Origin: Pseudomonadota bacterium
GTDB taxonomy: Bacteria; Pseudomonadota; Alphaproteobacteria; Rhodobacterales; Rhodobacteraceae
DNA: 64,000 nt
Direction of reading: 5' to 3'
Assembly: GCA_039026055.1 (NCBI GenBank)
Contig: JBCCNB010000001.1
Coordinates: 17,240-81,239 of the forward strand
How positions within the stretch are numbered: position 1 is the first letter of the stretch; each line of letters begins with the position of its first letter. Below, piece after piece: positions 29,111 to 40,457 of the stretch. A model generated the notes under the pieces. The model was not told the origin of the DNA and made no database searches. It saw nothing but the letters and a program-made list of their open reading frames with translations. Position numbers and translations under genes: made by a program.

Positions 29111-30082
29111 ATGAGCGGTTTACTGGCACTTCTGGATGATGTCGCGGGGTTAGTGAAGGTCGCGGCGGCCTCATTGGATGACGTTGCGGGGCAAGCGGTC
29201 AAGGCCGGGTCCAAGGCGGCGGGTGCTGTTATTGATGATGCAGCTGTGACGCCCAAATACCTCAAAGGGTTTGCGCCCGCCCGTGAATTGCCCATCGTCT
29301 GGCGCATCGCCCGCGGGTCGTTCATCAACAAACTGGTCTTTTTGCTGCCAGTGGGCCTTTTGCTCGCCAATTTCGCACCCTGGATGATCCCGCCGCTTTT
29401 GATGCTGGGCGGGGCCTATCTGTGTTTCGAAGGCGCGGAGAAGATCGTGCATGCTTTGGGCTTTGGCCATCACCATGAACATGGCCACGACACTGCCAAG
29501 CCAAAGGATCCTGCAAAACTGGAAGAAGAGCGAGTATCAGGCGCGATAAAAACGGATTTCATCCTGTCAGCCGAGATCATGACCATCGCGCTGGCGGCCA
29601 TTCCGGAAAGCAATTTCTGGATGGAGGCGGGGACATTAGCGCTTGTTGCGATCGGGATCACCGTGGCTGTCTATGGATCTGTGGCGATCATCGTGAAGGC
29701 CGATGACGTTGGGCTTTACCTTGCGCAAAATGGGCCAATTGGTCTGATACGCGGCATCGGACGGGGCATCGTCAAGTTCATGCCGACCTTCATGTGGCTG
29801 TTGATGGTGGTCGGCACGGCGGCGATGCTGTGGGTGGGCGGATCGATCATCCTGCACGCAATGTCAGAGATGGGCTATCCGGAGATTTACAAATGGATCA
29901 AGGCATTGGCGGCTGATATGGCGTCCGGTCTGGAGAGCGGCAAGGGTTTCGTGAAGTGGCTGGTAACGGCCGTGATGGATGGTCTCCTCGGGTTGGCGAT
30001 CGGCGTGCTTTTGATCCCGCTTGCCACGCGGGTGATCACACCCGTTTGGAAACAGATCACACGGTTCAACCCCATCGGGTAA
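29111..30082 (+). CDS. DUF808/YedI-family inner membrane protein
   Basis: GLLALLDDVA, VIDDAAVTP, RELPIVWRIARGS, GAIKTDFILSAEIM. Confidence 0.85.
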   Translation: MSGLLALLDDVAGLVKVAAASLDDVAGQAVKAGSKAAGAVIDDAAVTPKYLKGFAPARELPIVWRIARGSFINKLVFLLPVGLLLANFAPWMIPPLLMLGGAYLCFEGAEKIVHALGFGHHHEHGHDTAKPKDPAKLEEERVSGAIKTDFILSAEIMTIALAAIPESNFWMEAGTLALVAIGITVAVYGSVAIIVKADDVGLYLAQNGPIGLIRGIGRGIVKFMPTFMWLLMVVGTAAMLWVGGSIILHAMSEMGYPEIYKWIKALAADMASGLESGKGFVKWLVTAVMDGLLGLAIGVLLIPLATRVITPVWKQITRFNPIG

Positions 30083-30192
30083 GGGCGGTCTGGACGTTAG
30101 ACACAGCCTGCAAAACACCGTCATACTTCCGCCGTCTTTCGGAATTAACCCTGTTTTTCAGGTTGAAACCGAATGAAGTAGGAGTACCGCAG

Positions 30193-30411
30193 ATGCAGTT
30201 GATCATCCCTTTCCTGATCTTTCTGGGTGTCGCGCTTTACTTCTGGCATGCGCGCCGCAAGGACGATAGCGCATTTCTGCGCGGTTTGAAATCCTCGCTT
30301 TCCTATGCGTTTGGCCTGTTGTCGGCGCTCGCATTACTGCGGTTCATCAATTTTGTGCAATTCCGTCTCTACGCGAGGCGCATTTTCGCGCAAAGACAGC
30401 GGCGGGGTTAA
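30193..30411 (+). CDS. Small hypothetical membrane protein (72 aa, two hydrophobic segments)
   Basis: RBS GGAG at 30181; MQLIIPFLIFLGVALYFW...YAFGLLSALALL. Confidence 0.45.
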   Translation: MQLIIPFLIFLGVALYFWHARRKDDSAFLRGLKSSLSYAFGLLSALALLRFINFVQFRLYARRIFAQRQRRG

Positions 30412-30465
30412 GCTACCCGCCGGTTTCTTTTGGGGCCAAAAACAATTCGAACAACACTAAACGGG

Positions 30466-32484
30466 TCAGAGCAGGTCCTTGACCTTCTGAACAGCCGCCT
30501 CCGCCGTGATCCCGAATTTTTCAAATAGCACCTCGGCAGGGGCTGAGGCGCCGAAGCCTGACATGCCGACAAACCCGGCTTTTTCCGCCCGGCCACCATC
30601 GCCCATCAACCATCGATCCCAGCCCTGGCGGACGCCGGCCTCGATCCCCACGCGCACTTTGGGGCCGCGGCTCAGGACGCGGCGGCGGTAGGCCTCGTCT
30701 TGTTCTTCAAAAAGCTCCCAGCAGGGCATGGAGACGACGCGGGTGCCGATGCCTTGGGCCTCCAAAGTCGCGCGGGCCTCCATGGCGATGGAGACCTCGG
30801 AACCGGTGGCCAGAAGGACGGCTTTGAAATCGGCCTCTGCATCGGCCAGCACATAGGCGCCTTTGGCCGACAGATTGGCGTTCTTGTGTTCCGTGCGCAG
30901 CGTGGGCAGGCCCTGACGGGTCAGAGACAAAACCGATGGCGTTGATTTGGATGTCAGCGCCAATTCCCAAGCCTCTGCCGTTTCGACCGTGTCGCAGGGG
31001 CGGAAAACCATCGTGTTGGGCGTCGCACGCGAGATGGCCAGATGTTCCACTGGCTGGTGTGTGGGGCCGTCTTCGCCGAGACCGATACTGTCATGGGTCA
31101 TCACGAAAACCGTGGGCACCTGCATCAGGGCTGCAAGCCGCATCGAGGGGCGCGCATAATCGGTAAAGCACATGAAGGTGCCACCATAAGGCCGGATCCC
31201 GCCATGCAGCGCCATGCCGTTCATCGCTGCCGCCATCCCGTGTTCGCGCACGCCCCAATGCACGTAACGCCCCTTGCGGTTGCCGGTGTCAAAGACGGTC
31301 ATGTCCTTGGATTGCGTGTTGTTGGAGCCGGACAGGTCCGCCGATCCACCCACCGTTTCCACCATCACCGGGTTCACAGCATTGAGCACGATCTCTGAGG
31401 ATTTGCGCGTGGCAACCTTGGCCGCGTCCTCTGCGGCTGCGCGTTTGACCTGTTTGATCGCGGCGGACAGGCGCTTTGGTGCGTCACCTGCCATGATGCG
31501 GGCAAGTTCGGCCTGGCGGCGTTCGCTGACCTGGCTTAGACGCTCTGCCCAGGCTTTGTGTTCAGACACGCCGCGTGTGCCAATGGCTTCCCAGGCTGCT
31601 TTGACATCACCTGGAACCTCAAATGGTCCGCCGGTCCACCCATAGGCTTCTTTCGCGGCCTTCAACTGATCAGGATCGGTCAGCGCACCGTGGCCCTTGG
31701 AGGTGTCCTGCGCTGCGTGGCCCAGTGCGATATGTGTCTTGCAGGCGATCATCTTGGGCCGGGATCCCGATTGCGCTTGTGTAAGTGCCGCATCAATCGC
31801 GTCGGGATCATGACCGTCCACCTCGATCACCTGCCACCCGGCAGAGCGGAAACGGCGCACCTGATCGGTGCTGTCAGCGAGCTCCACCGTGCCGTCGATC
31901 GTGATGTTGTTGTTGTCCCAAAGCACGATCAACTTTCCCAACCTGTGGCGGCCTGCAAGCGTGATGGCCTCCTGGCTGACACCTTCCATCAAACACCCGT
32001 CGCCCGCGATCACATAAGTGCGGTGATCGACCAGCTTCTTGCCATAGCGGGCGCGCAAAATTTCTTCTGCCATGGCGAAACCCACAGAATTGGCGATGCC
32101 TTGCCCCAGCGGGCCTGTGGTCGTTTCAATTGCCGGGTGCAGGAAGTTTTCCGGGTGGCCTGCGGTGGGCGCTTTCCACTGGCGGAAGTTGCGCAGCGCG
32201 TCGACTTCCATGCCCTTGTAGCCTGTCAGGTGCAGCAACGAATAAAGCAGCATGGACCCGTGCCCGGCGGACAGGATGAACCGATCCCGATCCGGCCAAT
32301 CAGGGGCAGAGGCGTCAAATTTCAGGTGCTTTTCAAAGAGCACGGTGGCCACATCTGCCATGCCCATCGGCATGCCGGAATGGCCGGAATTGGCGGCGGC
32401 AACAGCATCCAGCGTCAGCGCCCGGATGGCAGCGGCTTTGATCCAGTGTTCGGGATGATTGGTGCGAAGAGCGGTAATGTCCAC
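30466..32484 (-). CDS. tkt: Transketolase
   Basis: [52 protein letters not shown]; GTG start at 32484. Confidence 0.97.
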   Translation of the reverse strand: MDITALRTNHPEHWIKAAAIRALTLDAVAAANSGHSGMPMGMADVATVLFEKHLKFDASAPDWPDRDRFILSAGHGSMLLYSLLHLTGYKGMEVDALRNFRQWKAPTAGHPENFLHPAIETTTGPLGQGIANSVGFAMAEEILRARYGKKLVDHRTYVIAGDGCLMEGVSQEAITLAGRHRLGKLIVLWDNNNITIDGTVELADSTDQVRRFRSAGWQVIEVDGHDPDAIDAALTQAQSGSRPKMIACKTHIALGHAAQDTSKGHGALTDPDQLKAAKEAYGWTGGPFEVPGDVKAAWEAIGTRGVSEHKAWAERLSQVSERRQAELARIMAGDAPKRLSAAIKQVKRAAAEDAAKVATRKSSEIVLNAVNPVMVETVGGSADLSGSNNTQSKDMTVFDTGNRKGRYVHWGVREHGMAAAMNGMALHGGIRPYGGTFMCFTDYARPSMRLAALMQVPTVFVMTHDSIGLGEDGPTHQPVEHLAISRATPNTMVFRPCDTVETAEAWELALTSKSTPSVLSLTRQGLPTLRTEHKNANLSAKGAYVLADAEADFKAVLLATGSEVSIAMEARATLEAQGIGTRVVSMPCWELFEEQDEAYRRRVLSRGPKVRVGIEAGVRQGWDRWLMGDGGRAEKAGFVGMSGFGASAPAEVLFEKFGITAEAAVQKVKDLL

Positions 32485-32699
32485 GGGGCAGCAACTTTCG
32501 GCAAGAGAACGGTCAAAAAACTGCATATCAGTCACGGGCCAAAGTGCAAGCGAAGTCATGGTGGCAGTGGGGTCGTTGGCGCCCAAAGTGGGGGGAGCCT
32601 TTTTCCAAGTGATTATGTAGACTTGCGAGGAACGCTTCAGGCAGCGATTCGCGCAAGGGACCGGCGCGCTGCCCGGACGGAGGAAAGAAAGGCAGTAAC

Positions 32700-33233
32700 A
32701 TGAGCCAAATCGAAGAGCTTCAGGGACGCATTGCCAGTGCTTTGGATCGGATCAGCCAAGGGCTGGAGGTGCAGGCGACATCCCAATCCGATCCACAAGA
32801 AATGGAAGCGCTGCAGCAGTCGCTGGAGGAAGAGCGCAGCGCGGTGCAGCAATTGGAAGAACGCAACAAGGCGCTCAATGACAAGATCGCGGCCCTCGAA
32901 ATGCAGGTGACCGGCCTGAAGGCAGAGGTGAGCGCCAATTCTGCAGCCGCACCTGCGTCCATTCAGCTGCCGGACATGATGGGGCAGGTGGGGGCCACGA
33001 TTGCGCAACTGCGCGAGGCCAATGAAACCATGCAAGGCAGCAATCAGCGCCTGCGTGAGGCCCAAAGCGCAAATGTGAGCGAGCCGCATTTGATCAATTC
33101 GGGCATGATGTCTGAGTTGGAAGGTCTGAAGGCCATGCGGGAGATGGACAAGGCGGAGCTGACATCCATCCTAGAGACCCTTGAGGCCGTGCTTGGGCCG
33201 GATGACAGTGCCGCAGCGCAGGGAGGTGTGTGA
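32700..33233 (+). CDS. Coiled-coil hypothetical protein upstream of zapA
   Basis: Heptad-rich Q/E/L sequence; its stop overlaps the zapA start. Confidence 0.7.
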   Translation: MSQIEELQGRIASALDRISQGLEVQATSQSDPQEMEALQQSLEEERSAVQQLEERNKALNDKIAALEMQVTGLKAEVSANSAAAPASIQLPDMMGQVGATIAQLREANETMQGSNQRLREAQSANVSEPHLINSGMMSELEGLKAMREMDKAELTSILETLEAVLGPDDSAAAQGGV

Positions 33234-33628
33234 TGCCAGAGATCGATATCGAAATCGGAGGCCGCACTTTTGAAGTGTCCTGCCAGGAGGGTGAAGAGCA
33301 TTACCTGAAATTCGCCGCCAAAATGCTGGATGAGGAAGCCTCGGTGCTGACCGCCCAGATCGGGCGTATTCCAGAGGCGCGGATGCTTCTGATGGCGGGT
33401 CTGATGTTGGCGGATAAGACGGCGGCCATGCAGGACAAGCTGCGCGAGGCCGAGGACAAGATGGCCGAAAAAGAGGCCGAGCTTGACCAATTGCGCAGCG
33501 CGCCTCAGCCGGAACCCAAGACCATCGAGGTGCCCGTGGTGCCCGACGCCGTGACCGACACGATGGCCGAACTGGCCGCCCGTGCCGAAGCCCTGGCCGA
33601 ACAAATGGCCCCGGCGGACGGCATATGA
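33233..33628 (+). CDS. zapA: Cell division protein ZapA
   Basis: IEIGGRTFEVSCQEGEEHYL..AA..LD, RMLLMAGLMLAD. Confidence 0.9.
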   Translation: MPEIDIEIGGRTFEVSCQEGEEHYLKFAAKMLDEEASVLTAQIGRIPEARMLLMAGLMLADKTAAMQDKLREAEDKMAEKEAELDQLRSAPQPEPKTIEVPVVPDAVTDTMAELAARAEALAEQMAPADGI

Positions 33629-33687
33629 GGCGATTGTGGTGAGCGTTTTATTCCGCCCACCTCAATTGCAGGGCTTAGGCGCTTAAA

Positions 33688-34311
33688 ATGGATCCGGCTC
33701 TTTTCTTTGCGTTTTTGACCACCACGCTGGTTTTTGTGGCCGTGCCTGGCCCATCCGTGGCATTCGCCACGGCGCAGGCCATGCGCCATGGGCCCCGCGC
33801 TGCCTATATAGCCGTGGCCGGCGATGCGCTTGGCACCCTGGTACATGTGACCGTTGCCGTGGCAGGAGTGACGGCTTTGGTGGCCCTGTCAGAGCGGATC
33901 TTGCCGATCCTGCAAATTGTCGGGGGCGCCTTCATATTGCTCATGGCCGTGCACGCTGTGCGCCGGATCGGAAAGACCGAGCGGGCTGCGCACGCGGTAT
34001 CGGATCGCGTGACGTTCTGGGCTGGTTTTTTCGCCTGTGTGTCCAACCCCAAAGCCATTGTGTTTTTCGCAGCTTTGTTCCCGGCTTTTATCTCAACCGA
34101 ACATGGGTTGCTCTTTCAGGGGGCGGTCTATGGCGCTGTGTTCATCCTCCTCGATGGGATTTCAATTCTGGGCTACGCTTTGCTCACCTCCAGCGCCGTC
34201 AGAAGGGCAAAATCGCGTTGGCTGCGTGCTGATCTGCTAAGCGCGATAGGTTTGAGCGGGGTCGGGGTGGCGATGATCTTGAAGGGCTATCGCGCACTCC
34301 CGAGCAACTGA
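33688..34311 (+). CDS. LysE/RhtB-family amino acid exporter
   Basis: VPGPSV, G.RAA, SNPKAIVFF.ALFP.F. Confidence 0.9.
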   Translation: MDPALFFAFLTTTLVFVAVPGPSVAFATAQAMRHGPRAAYIAVAGDALGTLVHVTVAVAGVTALVALSERILPILQIVGGAFILLMAVHAVRRIGKTERAAHAVSDRVTFWAGFFACVSNPKAIVFFAALFPAFISTEHGLLFQGAVYGAVFILLDGISILGYALLTSSAVRRAKSRWLRADLLSAIGLSGVGVAMILKGYRALPSN

Positions 34312-34325
34312 TCTGGCTGCTTTTG

Positions 34326-35081
34326 TCACTGCATCCTGAGTGCGCCATCCATGCGGATCACTTCGCCGTTGAGGTAGTCGCATTCGACGATGAACCGGGC
34401 GAGGGCGGCGTATTCTTCCGGCCGACCCAGACGTTTGGGGCAGGTGACATCCTGCGCCAGCCCATCCAGTACGTCTTGCGGCAGACCCATCAGCATCGGC
34501 GTCAGAATGATACCTGGCGCAATAGCCATCACCCGAATGCCTTCGCGTGCCAGATCCCGGGCCATGGGCAGGCTGAGCCCCACAATGCCTCCTTTGGAGG
34601 CGGCATATGCTGCCTGGCCTTTTTGCCCGTCAAAGGCCGCGATGGAGGCGGTGTTGACGATCACGCCGCGCAACCCGTCTTCTGATGGTGCGTTCTGCGC
34701 AATCTCTGCCGCCGCAAGGCGCGCCACATTGAAGGAACCCACCAGATTGATGTCGATGGTGCGCTGAAACGCAGCCAGATCATGGGGGCCGTCTTTGCTC
34801 AGCACCTTGGACCCCGTGGCGATGCCCGCGCAATTGACGGCGCAGGTGATGCGGCCCATGGCGGTTTTGGCGGTGGTGATTGCGTCCGTGACGGAGGCTT
34901 CATCGGTCACATCCGTGTCCGCAAATGTCGCGCCGATGTCCTCCGCGACCTGCGGCCCGCGCGTCGTATCACGGTCCAGGATCGTCACCTGCGCGCCGGC
35001 CTCGCGGAAATGGCGGGCGGTGGCCTCGCCCAGGCCGGAGGCGCCTCCGGTGATGATGGCAGCGGTGTCTGTGAGGCGCAT
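34326..35081 (-). CDS. SDR oxidoreductase, HSD10-like 3-hydroxyacyl-CoA dehydrogenase
   Basis: [45 protein letters not shown]. Confidence 0.9.
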   Translation of the reverse strand: MRLTDTAAIITGGASGLGEATARHFREAGAQVTILDRDTTRGPQVAEDIGATFADTDVTDEASVTDAITTAKTAMGRITCAVNCAGIATGSKVLSKDGPHDLAAFQRTIDINLVGSFNVARLAAAEIAQNAPSEDGLRGVIVNTASIAAFDGQKGQAAYAASKGGIVGLSLPMARDLAREGIRVMAIAPGIILTPMLMGLPQDVLDGLAQDVTCPKRLGRPEEYAALARFIVECDYLNGEVIRMDGALRMQ

Positions 35082-35127
35082 GGGCGGGTTCCTTTTGCGT
35101 CCGTGGTAAACCGGGGTCGACAGGCTG

Positions 35128-36177
35128 TCAAAGCGGGCGTCTGAAAAGCCGCGCGGTGAGGATGAGGCCCGCGACCGTGATGAGAATGCGGATAATATGG
35201 TGCAACGTCACGAATGCTGGATTGGCCTGCAGACTGAGCGCGACAAGCGACATCTCTGTCACGCCTCCGGGCGCGAAACTGATCAGCAACACGTCAAAGG
35301 GTTGCCCGGTCAGGGGGACAAGAGCGGTCGCAAAACCCGCTGACACCACAAGCATGCCCCCGACAGACAGAAGTGAAAGCCCTATACCGCGCAGAACCAG
35401 CGCGCGGGAAAGGCCTGTGAACCGCATGCCAAGGGCCGTGCCCACGATGATCTGCGCGAGTTTGATCAGCCAGTCAGGCATGTCGATCTGGAAAAACCCG
35501 CTGAGCGCGAGCGCCGCCGCCATAAGCATCGGCCCGGTGATCTGTTGCGCAGGCAGGCGGAGGATACGACCCAGAAGCAGGCCCAGCGCACCGGCCAATG
35601 CGACAATAGGAAGATCAGTCCATGGCACGTCTTGGCTCGAAAAGCTGATGCCAGCCGCCGACCCCACCGGTTCGCCCAGATAAAGCGACAGGCCGATAGG
35701 CAAGGCCGTGACGACTATGACAATGCGCAGGAATTGTTGCAGCGTCAGCCGCGCGACATCACCGCCTGCCTCTTCGCCCATGGCAAGGGATTCGAACAAC
35801 CCACCCGGAGAGCCCGCATAGAATGCGGTGGGCTTGTCATACCCCCCTAGACGGCGAAAGACCCAGTAATTGAACCCCTGACAGATCGCCACGAAAATCA
35901 TCAGGGCGGCGAAGCTGATGGCGAGGCCGGAGGCATTGGCGAACAACTCCGGCGTGACCTGAGCGCCGATGATGAGGCCGATCACCGCGATAAAGACCAA
36001 GCGCAGGCGGGCAGGGAAGCTGTAGCCTTCCGGCAGAACGTGAGGCAACGTCAAGGCCACAGCACCCACTGTCAGAAGTGGGCCAATCATGTAAGGCAGC
36101 GGCAGTCCAAGCCAGTCGGCACCAAGCCCTGCCAAAGTTCCAAGCGCGATGAGGATGATCGTGGTGAGATGGGTCAT
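35128..36177 (-). CDS. AbrB-family duplicated-domain membrane protein
   Basis: LPLPYMIGP, AGSPGGL, QFLR, FAPGGVTEM, HIIR; two homologous halves; start at 36177 or 36201. Confidence 0.85.
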   Translation of the reverse strand: MTHLTTIILIALGTLAGLGADWLGLPLPYMIGPLLTVGAVALTLPHVLPEGYSFPARLRLVFIAVIGLIIGAQVTPELFANASGLAISFAALMIFVAICQGFNYWVFRRLGGYDKPTAFYAGSPGGLFESLAMGEEAGGDVARLTLQQFLRIVIVVTALPIGLSLYLGEPVGSAAGISFSSQDVPWTDLPIVALAGALGLLLGRILRLPAQQITGPMLMAAALALSGFFQIDMPDWLIKLAQIIVGTALGMRFTGLSRALVLRGIGLSLLSVGGMLVVSAGFATALVPLTGQPFDVLLISFAPGGVTEMSLVALSLQANPAFVTLHHIIRILITVAGLILTARLFRRPL

Positions 36178-36277
36178 CTGCGGCCCATCAACCACCCCCA
36201 TCAGGCCATTGCAACAAATGGCTGGGCAAAGAGCGCGAATTGAGGTTGGGTGAGGCAACGCAAGACATGAGGGCCAA

Positions 36278-37276
36278 ATGACAACAATCGACCTTTCCCT
36301 TGAAGAGATCCACACCCTGGCGCGCGATGCGATGCTGGCCAATGGCTGTGATGACGCCAATGCGAATGCTCTGGCCGACATTGTCATGCGGGCGGAACGG
36401 GATGGGTCGCATTCTCACGGGCTTTTCCGGGTGCCGGGCTATGTAAAGGCGCTGCGCAGTGGCAAGGTGAATGGCAAGGCGAGCCCCAAAGTCACGCGAC
36501 GCACGCCGTCGGTCATCCATGTGGACGGGGGAGGGTGTTTTGCGCCTTTGGCGCAGGCCGTGGGCCTGCCGGTTCTGGCAGAGGCCGCCGCAGAGACGGG
36601 GGCTGCCGCGCTTTCGCTGACAGGCATCCACCACTTCGCGGCCCTGTGGCCGGAGACCGAATATCTGGCTGATCGTGGCCTCGTGGGCATCGCCTGCACC
36701 GCCTATATGCCCTCCGTTGCGCCTGCCGGATCAACCGAAAAACTGTTTGGAACGAACCCGATCTCCTTTGCCTGGCCACGCCCTGGGTCAAGCCCGCTTT
36801 GCTATGATATGGCCACCGCCTCGATGGCGATGGGCGATGTCCAGATCGCCGCGCGCGATGGCAAGACCGTGCCCGAAGGGACAGGCCTTGATGCTGAGGG
36901 CCAGTCCACCACGGACCCGGCTAAGATTGCGGGCGGTGGTGTTCTCCTGCCCTTTGGCGGCTACAAGGGGTCAGCCATTGCCCTGATGGTCGAACTGCTG
37001 GCGGCCGGTCTTACGGGTGAGCGTTTCAGTTTCGAAGCCGCAGAGGCCGACAATGGCGATGGTGGCCCGCCTCGCGGCGGAGAAATGGTTCTGGCCCTTT
37101 CCCCTTCGGTCATCGCGGGTGAGGGATGGGAAGCCCACGCGGAGGGTTTCGTTGACCGCTTGCGTGGGCTTGATGGCGTACGTCTTCCGGGGGAACGGCG
37201 GCACGAAAACCGGCGCGATACCGGGCCACGCGCAATTAACATTGCATTGCATGAGACCATTCAAGGATTGTGCTAG
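36278..37276 (+). CDS. Ldh_2-family NAD(P)-dependent oxidoreductase (ComC/DpkA-like)
   Basis: DGSHSHGLFR, HHFAALW, GTNPISF, DMATA, PFGGYKGS, RLPGERR. Confidence 0.85.
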   Translation: MTTIDLSLEEIHTLARDAMLANGCDDANANALADIVMRAERDGSHSHGLFRVPGYVKALRSGKVNGKASPKVTRRTPSVIHVDGGGCFAPLAQAVGLPVLAEAAAETGAAALSLTGIHHFAALWPETEYLADRGLVGIACTAYMPSVAPAGSTEKLFGTNPISFAWPRPGSSPLCYDMATASMAMGDVQIAARDGKTVPEGTGLDAEGQSTTDPAKIAGGGVLLPFGGYKGSAIALMVELLAAGLTGERFSFEAAEADNGDGGPPRGGEMVLALSPSVIAGEGWEAHAEGFVDRLRGLDGVRLPGERRHENRRDTGPRAINIALHETIQGLC

Positions 37277-37291
37277 CGCAAGTGGTACACG

Positions 37292-38878
37292 CTATGGATC
37301 CGTTGAGCGTTCCGGAGGATCAGGAAGCTGAACGGGCTTGCGTGAAAGACAGGCTTTCAACCATCTAAGAGGCTGGGTCAGACGCCATGAGGTGGAATTG
37401 ACCAGGGCGTCACGCTCCACCTTCAATTTTTTGTACTGCGTTTTAATTTCGACCCAGGCCGCTTTTGAGGCTGCAAGTGTGGCTTCATTTGCCGACAAGC
37501 TCGCTTCTGCTGCCTGAAGTTTTGCTGCAAACATGTTGTTTTGGTTCTGTTCAGTCAAGAAAAGCTCGGACATTTTGGCGACTTCTGTGTCACGCTGCTT
37601 GACGTCTTCCTCAAGCTTTTGCAGATCGTTCTCAAGCTGCTCTTGTTTGGCCTCAGCTTCCTTTGAGATTGCGGTCACCTTCGCCCGTGCGTCTTCTATA
37701 TCTGTGCGATGCTGCGTCAGGGCATCTTTGAGGGAGGATATCTCTGCCTCCATCGCGTCTTTTTCTTCGGCATGGGTTTGCGTCAGCGTCTCAATCACGT
37801 TTGTCTGTTTCGTCAGTTGGTCTTCTAGCGCGCTGAGCGCGGTTTCGGTGGCTTCATGACGGCTGGTTAGATCGGCAATGCTTGCGTCGCGTTCCTTCAG
37901 ACGCGCCTTGAGACGGGTCACTTCGGCTTGCTCGGTGGATCCTGCAGGCACCACCTCCTCTTTGTGCTGGGCCAGAGAGCCGAAGGCGATGCAACTGGTG
38001 TCAAACGCCCCGCGTATGTCATCCAAACGCCCTGCATCCTTTGCCGTCTCGACCCCCAAAGCGAGACGTTCCAGAATTGTGTAAGTATCGCGTATCCAGT
38101 GAGAAATCCTAGTGTCGTGAAATACGGTATTGTCGGGTACTTTCTGATGATGCAGATCAGGAGAAATGAAAGTCTGCAACTGTGATGCATTCTGCAGGGC
38201 CGCTTCCGGCCATGTAACATCCAGTGTATCCCGGATGCGCGCTGCAACGTCCTCCCAGTTTTCCAAAAGTGCAGCGTAGTTGGTGAACACCCGTGGCAAA
38301 TCCAGGCAAGAGGCTTCGGCATCAAGCACATGTCGCAACCAAAGAATGTTTCCAAAGTCGGTTTCAAATCCATTGCGTTCTTGCAAGGACGCAGCCACTT
38401 CCAATGGGTTTCGATGGGTGTGGACGATCAGCGGTTTGATGTTCATGTCCCGCAAAGTCTCGACCCAGAAAGGCAAAAACCGGCAAATCCTTGGGTCTTT
38501 AACCACGAACAAACTGGATTGGCCGAATTCGGCTGTGATCATCTCTTTTAGATCGTCACGGTATTGAGACGCCATCGGGGACGTCATCCAGGCGCTTGGA
38601 AAGGGCTGAGTGTCATACCATGACGATCCGGCAGCGCGCAGCACGTCATCGTGCAACTCAGAAAGGGGCCGGGATTCGAAATGCCCTTTGGGATTTTCCG
38701 CGATGATCTGCATCGGGTTTTTGGGGCCCGTGCAGCCAAGATGTTGCAGCAGACCGCTTAACGCGGACGTCCCGGATCGGTGCATCCCAACCACCAGTAT
38801 CGCGCGCCTTGGTTCGGTACGCGTCTTACCCTTGAGCGGTTTCGTACCCGGGGCCGTCTGCGCCTTTTTTTGAGCCAT
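37292..38878 (-). CDS. Sulfotransferase-domain protein with a long coiled coil and C-terminal STSWRLTQPLR motif
   Basis: 5'-PSB motif VVGMHRSGTSAL, NPKGHFES, KDPR, 3'-PB motif HRNPLEVAASL; roughly 180 aa of coiled coil. Confidence 0.8.
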   Translation of the reverse strand: MAQKKAQTAPGTKPLKGKTRTEPRRAILVVGMHRSGTSALSGLLQHLGCTGPKNPMQIIAENPKGHFESRPLSELHDDVLRAAGSSWYDTQPFPSAWMTSPMASQYRDDLKEMITAEFGQSSLFVVKDPRICRFLPFWVETLRDMNIKPLIVHTHRNPLEVAASLQERNGFETDFGNILWLRHVLDAEASCLDLPRVFTNYAALLENWEDVAARIRDTLDVTWPEAALQNASQLQTFISPDLHHQKVPDNTVFHDTRISHWIRDTYTILERLALGVETAKDAGRLDDIRGAFDTSCIAFGSLAQHKEEVVPAGSTEQAEVTRLKARLKERDASIADLTSRHEATETALSALEDQLTKQTNVIETLTQTHAEEKDAMEAEISSLKDALTQHRTDIEDARAKVTAISKEAEAKQEQLENDLQKLEEDVKQRDTEVAKMSELFLTEQNQNNMFAAKLQAAEASLSANEATLAASKAAWVEIKTQYKKLKVERDALVNSTSWRLTQPLRWLKACLSRKPVQLPDPPERSTDP

Positions 38879-39230
38879 TGGTGTGTTCCGACAGCTGACC
38901 TATGCAGTTTGTTTACCCTAAAGCCTTTCGCCTTTAAGCTGAGACATCTGCTAAAGGCGAAAGGCTTGCACCGTATCAATGTTGCGCTGCGTTTCGCGAC
39001 AAGCTGTGACTCAGGTTTGCCGCGAAACGCTTTAGCTGTGCCAAGAAAATAGGGCAAAAAGAGGCACGCCTTTGCGCGCGCGGCCCGGCGTGCGGTAGAT
39101 GGGTTGAAGTGCTGTATCGCCATGTGTCAAAGACCACGTGTCGATTAAGAAAGACGAGGCTTACAGTGTTGTTTGTGAGTTTTATGCATCGATCCGGATC
39201 AATGCGCGACATTCGCGGGAGACAGCGACA

Positions 39231-40372
39231 GTGAAAGACGTCATTCTGCACCTGGGATTGCATAAGACAGGCTCAACGTCGATCCAGGCAGCACTGCATG
39301 GCTTTGCGCAAGATAAAGTGAAGACTGTATCTTTTGCGTACGACAATCACTCGATCCCGATGTACACGATTTTTTCCAGTCGTAGGCACAACTATCACAT
39401 TTGGAAAAATGTCGGGTATGACGAACGTACGATTGACCGTGTCAGAGATGGATTTCTCAGCACATTGAATGCCGAGATGGATGATAAGAATTTTGAAACG
39501 CTGATGGTTTCCGGCGAAGATCTTAGCATTCTAGAGCCTCAAGACATAAAAGATATGGCCGCATTTTCGCGCGAAATGGGTGTCGGGTAAGGGCGGTTGC
39601 GTATGTTCGGCATCCGTCGCAATGGATTGTATCTCACATCAACCAGTTGATTTCGGGGGGTGGGTTAATTGGCAAATTTTCAACCAGGTTTAAAGAAAGG
39701 ATTCAGAATTATCAGGACGTTTTGGGGACGGAAAATGTGCACGTTTATTCTTATGAACAAGCGCTAGAAGACCACAAAAGTATTGTAGCGCACTTTGCAA
39801 AGACGCAGGCCATTGATCTCAAAGAGCCCGCTCGGGCAAATCAATCTGCCAATCCGTTGCAGATCGCTCTCTTGGCGAAACTCAATGAAGTGGGGTTCAA
39901 CACCACCCACCAAGGACGCTACGCTTTGAGAGAGAGGATCAGGCCAAAAATTCTGGAACTCTCCACCCCCGAAGCACCTTATGAGAAGACAGATAAACGA
40001 TATTACCAGTCTCTTTTGGAAGACGATGTACAAGAAGAGTGCCAATGGCTGCGAGACGAAATCGGAATAGACTATAGTGTCCCAGAGCGCGCGGACGTGG
40101 AGCCTTTAAGGTCATACTTCGACAAAATCTTAGCGGCGTCAGGCGACCAACTCAGGCAGCTTTTTTCCGAATTCGGAGTGCAATACGCGCAAGGGGACAA
40201 AATACAAAAGAAGTTTTTTGAAGTGGTATTCGAGATGGTCACCGGCCTGCGTTTTGCAGATTTTGACGCTGAAGAATACTTGGTCCTGAACCCCGACGTT
40301 AAAACTGCAAAAATGGATCCTCATACCCACTACTACACATTTGGGTTTAAAAATGGTCGACGGACCAAATGA
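39231..40372 (+). pseudogene. Sulfotransferase-like P-loop protein with one C-terminal HY..G..GR repeat; single-base frameshift at about 39578 (real or sequencing error)
   Basis: LHLGLHKTGSTSIQ...SGED in the first frame; after ATG-GG-TGT the second frame continues CRVRAVAYVRHPSQW and ends FDAEEYLVLNPDV...HYYTFGFKNGR. Confidence 0.7.
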
Positions 40373-40457
40373 GTGTTTCTTTGAAATAATCGATCCGCTG
40401 GGCTTCTTTCACGCTTAAAGTGGAATAGAAAAGACGACTTTTGGTGTCTGGCAATCC

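Noticed and set aside
33629-33687. 6S RNA downstream of zapA
   Set aside because: Only about 60 nt separate zapA from the LysE gene, too short for 6S RNA.
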